Positions 60,770 through 64,000 of a stretch of DNA of 64,000 bases are shown in pieces (the first letter of the stretch is position 1; every line of letters begins with the position of its first letter). This DNA is from Cyanobacteriota bacterium (GTDB taxonomy: Bacteria; Cyanobacteriota; Cyanobacteriia; Thermostichales; Thermostichaceae). The stretch lies in NCBI GenBank assembly GCA_033764955.1, contig JANRIL010000038.1, forward strand, positions 1 to 64,000, written 5' to 3'. The notes under the pieces were generated by a model. That model searched no databases. It was not told the DNA's origin and saw only the letters and a list, made by a program, of their open reading frames with translations. The position numbers and the translations under genes are program-made.

Positions 60770-61176
60770 ATCTCAGTTTATTAAGAATCATGTCATGGAT
60801 TAAAAGGCCAATGGCGTTGGATAGGTATATCCTCTATTGAGTATTTCGTTTATCAATGTTAAAACTTAGAAATAGAGGTAAAGCACGGCAACAAAATCTT
60901 TTCCTCGCAAAAGTATTGTTACACTACCATTTTTCGGTTCCTTTCGGAACCCGAATTTTTGACGGTTTGATTTTAAAAAGTTTCATGGTGATCAGGGGGG
61001 TCAATAGCTCCAACAAAACGACCTCAATTTTGATGTGACCAAATTTCACTGGGAAGACGGCAAAATCTTATTGATTAAGTACTGTAATCCCGCCTCAAAA
61101 ACCTGTTGAGTTTTTTAGATGAAACTGATATATTCCTTGCGGTTATGCACAAATTCTTCGGCAGGAGGATAAGACA

Positions 61177-61500
61177 TTGGTCAGGAGAAGGAAGCGCAAA
61201 AGTCGTCGCAGGCAAGAAGGCCGCAAGATCCTAGAGCATATTCCCCAGTTTAATTTGGAGAGTGGTGAGGAGAAATCCGTCACGGCTGCTCGAAAATATA
61301 TTCATGATCAATCGATTGCTCCTCCCGCTCTCATTGTGGTTCGGAGAAATGAGCATACTATTGATCGATTCTTTTGGGCTGAAAAGGGATTGTTTGGTGC
61401 TCAATATGTAGAAGAAAATCACTTCCTCTTCCCCAGCTTGAGACCTTCTGAATCTGCTCCCTCCAGTAAATCTGAAAAAGTTCCTGCTTTGTCTCGCTAA
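61177..61500 (+). CDS. Conserved cyanobacterial protein (DUF3155-like)
   Basis: RRKRKSRRRQEGR; RRNEHT.DRFFWAEKGLF.AQY.EENHFLFPSL. Confidence 0.85.
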   Translation: MVRRRKRKSRRRQEGRKILEHIPQFNLESGEEKSVTAARKYIHDQSIAPPALIVVRRNEHTIDRFFWAEKGLFGAQYVEENHFLFPSLRPSESAPSSKSEKVPALSR

Positions 61501-61672
61501 ATGGGCAAAGCTGGGAGCATTGAGATGATTGTGTCTGTTATTAAGTCTATTAAGTTTTAACTAAAAATGGGATCCAGGCGGTCAGTTGGCTACCTGGATT
61601 TTTTCTTTCCTGCCTGTTTCCTGGGGATCCTGCCCCTAGTCAACCCCTGCCCAGCCAACGCTAAACGGGTGA

Positions 61673-62245
61673 TCAGGAAGAGGCCGAGACAAAAACCTCA
61701 TCAAGGGGAACTTCTAGAGCATCAATCACTTTTGTCCAAAAATTCATAAACCCAATCAGGGCGGTCAGCTCCACTAAATCTTCATCAGTCCAGATGGCTT
61801 TTAGCTGTTCAAAAAAACTGTCGGTCACCGTCATGCTGGGAACCGTGATGCGTTCAGCATATTCCAGGGCTAATTTTTCGGCTTGGGAAAAGAGAGCACT
61901 GGTGCGGGCTTGGGCTACGGCAGCGGTTTTGGCAGGACTGGCCCCATGCTTCTCGGCTTGTAGGGTATGGTAGGGCAAACAATAGTGACGACAGCCATTG
62001 ATCTGGGAGATGCGGATGCTCACCAGTTCTTTGAGTTCTTCCGAGAGATTGGGGTTGGGAGCATGAATAGCTCCGTAGAGGGTCATGACCGCCCGCATCA
62101 GTTGTGGTTTGTGAGCCATAGCCCGTAGGGGGTTGAGGGCTGTACCGTAGGCTTTTTCTAAGCTCTCGTAGACTTTTTGCAGTTGCTTGTCAGCCTGGTC
62201 ATAGCTAACCAAAGGGATCCGCATCGACATTCCCCGAATAAACAA
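61673..62245 (-). CDS. AhpD/carboxymuconolactone decarboxylase family protein
   Basis: ELV..R.SQINGC..C..YH; E.LAL.YAE. Confidence 0.85.
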   Translation of the reverse strand: MFIRGMSMRIPLVSYDQADKQLQKVYESLEKAYGTALNPLRAMAHKPQLMRAVMTLYGAIHAPNPNLSEELKELVSIRISQINGCRHYCLPYHTLQAEKHGASPAKTAAVAQARTSALFSQAEKLALEYAERITVPSMTVTDSFFEQLKAIWTDEDLVELTALIGFMNFWTKVIDALEVPLDEVFVSASS

Positions 62246-62340
62246 ATCTGAATTTACCGCGTTTTTGCCTGCTTAGGAAAGGGATTTGGGTGGGGAGAGA
62301 GGGAGCTAGCGTTGCTTGAGTACTAGGAGGGTAATATCGT

Positions 62341-62938
62341 CTAGCCCGTCACCTCTAGTGCGAGGGCTTTTGGGTGCCAGGGATGGGCACGGGCATCAAA
62401 CTTAACATCATAGGTTCGCAAACAACTCGCCTCGATTGCCTTGTTCATCGAGAGCATAGTAGTCTCCGCGGAACTGGTTGCTTGGATCGTTAATGACCAG
62501 TTGCAGGGATCCCTGCGGGCTGCGATAAACCCCGATAAAAGCCCCATCTTGAGCAGAGCCAAAATAGATCCAGGTGACTTGCGGAAATACTTGAATTTGT
62601 TCCCAGAGATAATACTCACTTTCTCGATTTTGGGTGCGAAGGATCCCCTGTTTAACGGCTGATATATTCAGTTGGTTAATACTTTCAGAAGTTTCTAGAA
62701 AACTATCCAATTTCTCTTCAATCTGACGACTGATGCTGTGTTGCAGTTGAGTCACCACATCATTGACCGCCTGCTGTCCATTACGAAGAGAAAGCCACCC
62801 GGTCAAACCAACGGCTAAGGCAATTTGCGAGAGAAAGGGAACCACCAAGATAAGGCGTAGGGATGGCGAGAAACTCTGCCCCCAAAGCTTGGAATGGACT
62901 AGGCTTGAGAGCATAAAATTTATAATTTTCGTGAGCAT
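62341..62938 (-). pseudogene. Truncated, frameshifted N-terminus of a Cache-domain sensor
   Basis: LRLILVVPF..Q...GLTGWLSLRNGQ.AV; continues in another frame as FDARAHPW, then stops. Confidence 0.7.
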
Positions 62939-63275
62939 AAAGGGATCCCTTTGATGATTCCCTAAGCCATCCCAAAAATCAACAGGGTGGCCTGTTATGA
63001 TTTATGCTGAGTCCACGCAGACATTGTTTTTAGGGTTATGTTATGTTGTAACTACTGGCTAGTTAGCCCTCAAGTTATCTATGGGAAGCGGTTGAGACGT
63101 TACTTGTAGTATGTGATCGTTAGGTAACTGTAAGTTCTCAGTTGGGGTGAGTTGAGAGATTGTCGCTGGAGTGGGAGACCAGAACTTAGGGTTAGTAATA
63201 AGAGCGATCGCATAAGCCAAAGATTGAGCAAGTTCAGGTTAGTCATTCATCAGACAGCGATAGGAGGGAAAAGAT

Positions 63276-63698
63276 ATGATACGGCGTAACCAAAAACGGT
63301 TGGCCATTCGCAGCTATGTTAAGAGTCTCGGTCCCCAACTCCGGAAGCGATATGGAGCATCTAGGTACTACACCCCAGAGCAGGTTAAAGCAACAGTCCG
63401 AGAATACCATTTGAATTCAAATTGGTTATCCTATGCACTCTGTATGTACTGTGACTACGATAGCTTCATTCAATACCATTTTGATATCGGTGAGACATGC
63501 GATTATGGAGCCATGCAGAGTGAGATAGCAGGGCAATTTTCCCGTAATCATGCGTCGTTTAATAAAGGTAATGCTTCAATGGTTAACGGCGACGTAACCA
63601 GCTACGGCTATGGATGGGTTGCTGGTGGCTTTAGTGGTAGTGATTGTGGTGGTGGCTTTGATAGTGGAGGGAGTTGTGATGGTGGAGGAGGTTATTGA
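63276..63698 (+). CDS. Hypothetical protein (DUF6559-like) with Gly-rich tail
   Basis: I.SY...LG..L.KRYG....YT.EQV. Confidence 0.65.
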   Translation: MIRRNQKRLAIRSYVKSLGPQLRKRYGASRYYTPEQVKATVREYHLNSNWLSYALCMYCDYDSFIQYHFDIGETCDYGAMQSEIAGQFSRNHASFNKGNASMVNGDVTSYGYGWVAGGFSGSDCGGGFDSGGSCDGGGGY

Positions 63699-63831
63699 AT
63701 TAGCCGCTCGCCCAGCAGCTCCAGACGCTTCTGGTTAGATCTGCCATTCTGGTACAGCGGACTCACAAACACTGTGATCCTAGATTTCAAGCTATTGACC
63801 CTTGCTGACCAGGGACATTATTGCTTGTTGT

Positions 63832-64000
63832 TTAAGGTTGCTCCAATGATTTTTCGATGGCTTCCACCTGCTGTTTTTGCTGGTTAACCGTTTGCTGCAA
63901 ATTTTGCTGCAACTGATCTTTTTCCTGAATCTGTTTGATTTGCTGAATGGGAGTGCTAGCAGGCAGGGATCCGGGATCTGGGGGTTTAGGGACAAATCCT
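63832..64000 (-). CDS. 3' end of a Gln-rich hypothetical protein (partial)
   Basis: Manual translation ...QQIKQIQEKDQLQQNLQQTVNQQKQQVEAIEKSLEQP*. Confidence 0.5.
   Translation of the reverse strand, partial: GFVPKPPDPGSLPASTPIQQIKQIQEKDQLQQNLQQTVNQQKQQVEAIEKSLEQP

Noticed and set aside
63792..63995. 67-aa ORF from the track
   Set aside because: Another - frame (stop at 63832), open to the window edge, looks more protein-like
1..64000. Integron integrase, CAST transposition genes, reverse transcriptase, tRNA or rRNA
   Set aside because: No such motifs seen in any ORF or intergenic region of this window

Overview
Cyanobacterial chromosome window. GGGATCCC is highly iterated in the core genes, suggesting a Thermostichus / hot-spring-Synechococcus-like lineage (inference). 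Layout: (1) 1-16.25 kb is an integron-type cassette array on + with 8 attC-like sites and no integrase in the window. Several cassettes are operon-sized, carry their own regulators and promoters (HxlR-AzoR, SARP/BTAD-AAA module, ECF42-YciI-GST, AraC-SDR-AKR, plus a TA pair and NADAR), and carry canonical HIP1 GCGATCGC instead of the host palindrome. (2) 16.3-17.8 kb is a phage-like remnant (M15 peptidase, Cro-like fragment). (3) 17.9-29.2 kb is a WYL-preceded type I-E CRISPR-Cas locus with an enlarged Cas7, only 19 bp between cas2 and the array, and 22 repeats with 32-35 nt spacers. (4) gshA, ABC transporter, modA. (5) 33.8-37.1 kb is a second, oppositely oriented attC cluster. Its 2.7-kb cassette encodes a candidate new defence/TA module (tandem-Phd protein, RelE-like/wHTH protein, PD-(D/E)xK nuclease, Phd/VapC). 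(6) 40.1-41.6 kb is a Mu-like prophage remnant (degraded MuF with a GNAT-like C-terminal domain, gpG) that CRISPR spacer 6 matches at 29/33. (7) 42-64 kb is mostly core genes (pgi, sensor kinases, SLH protein, ycf48, rubA, ftsH, MFS). Family calls come from reading motifs by eye, not from database searches.
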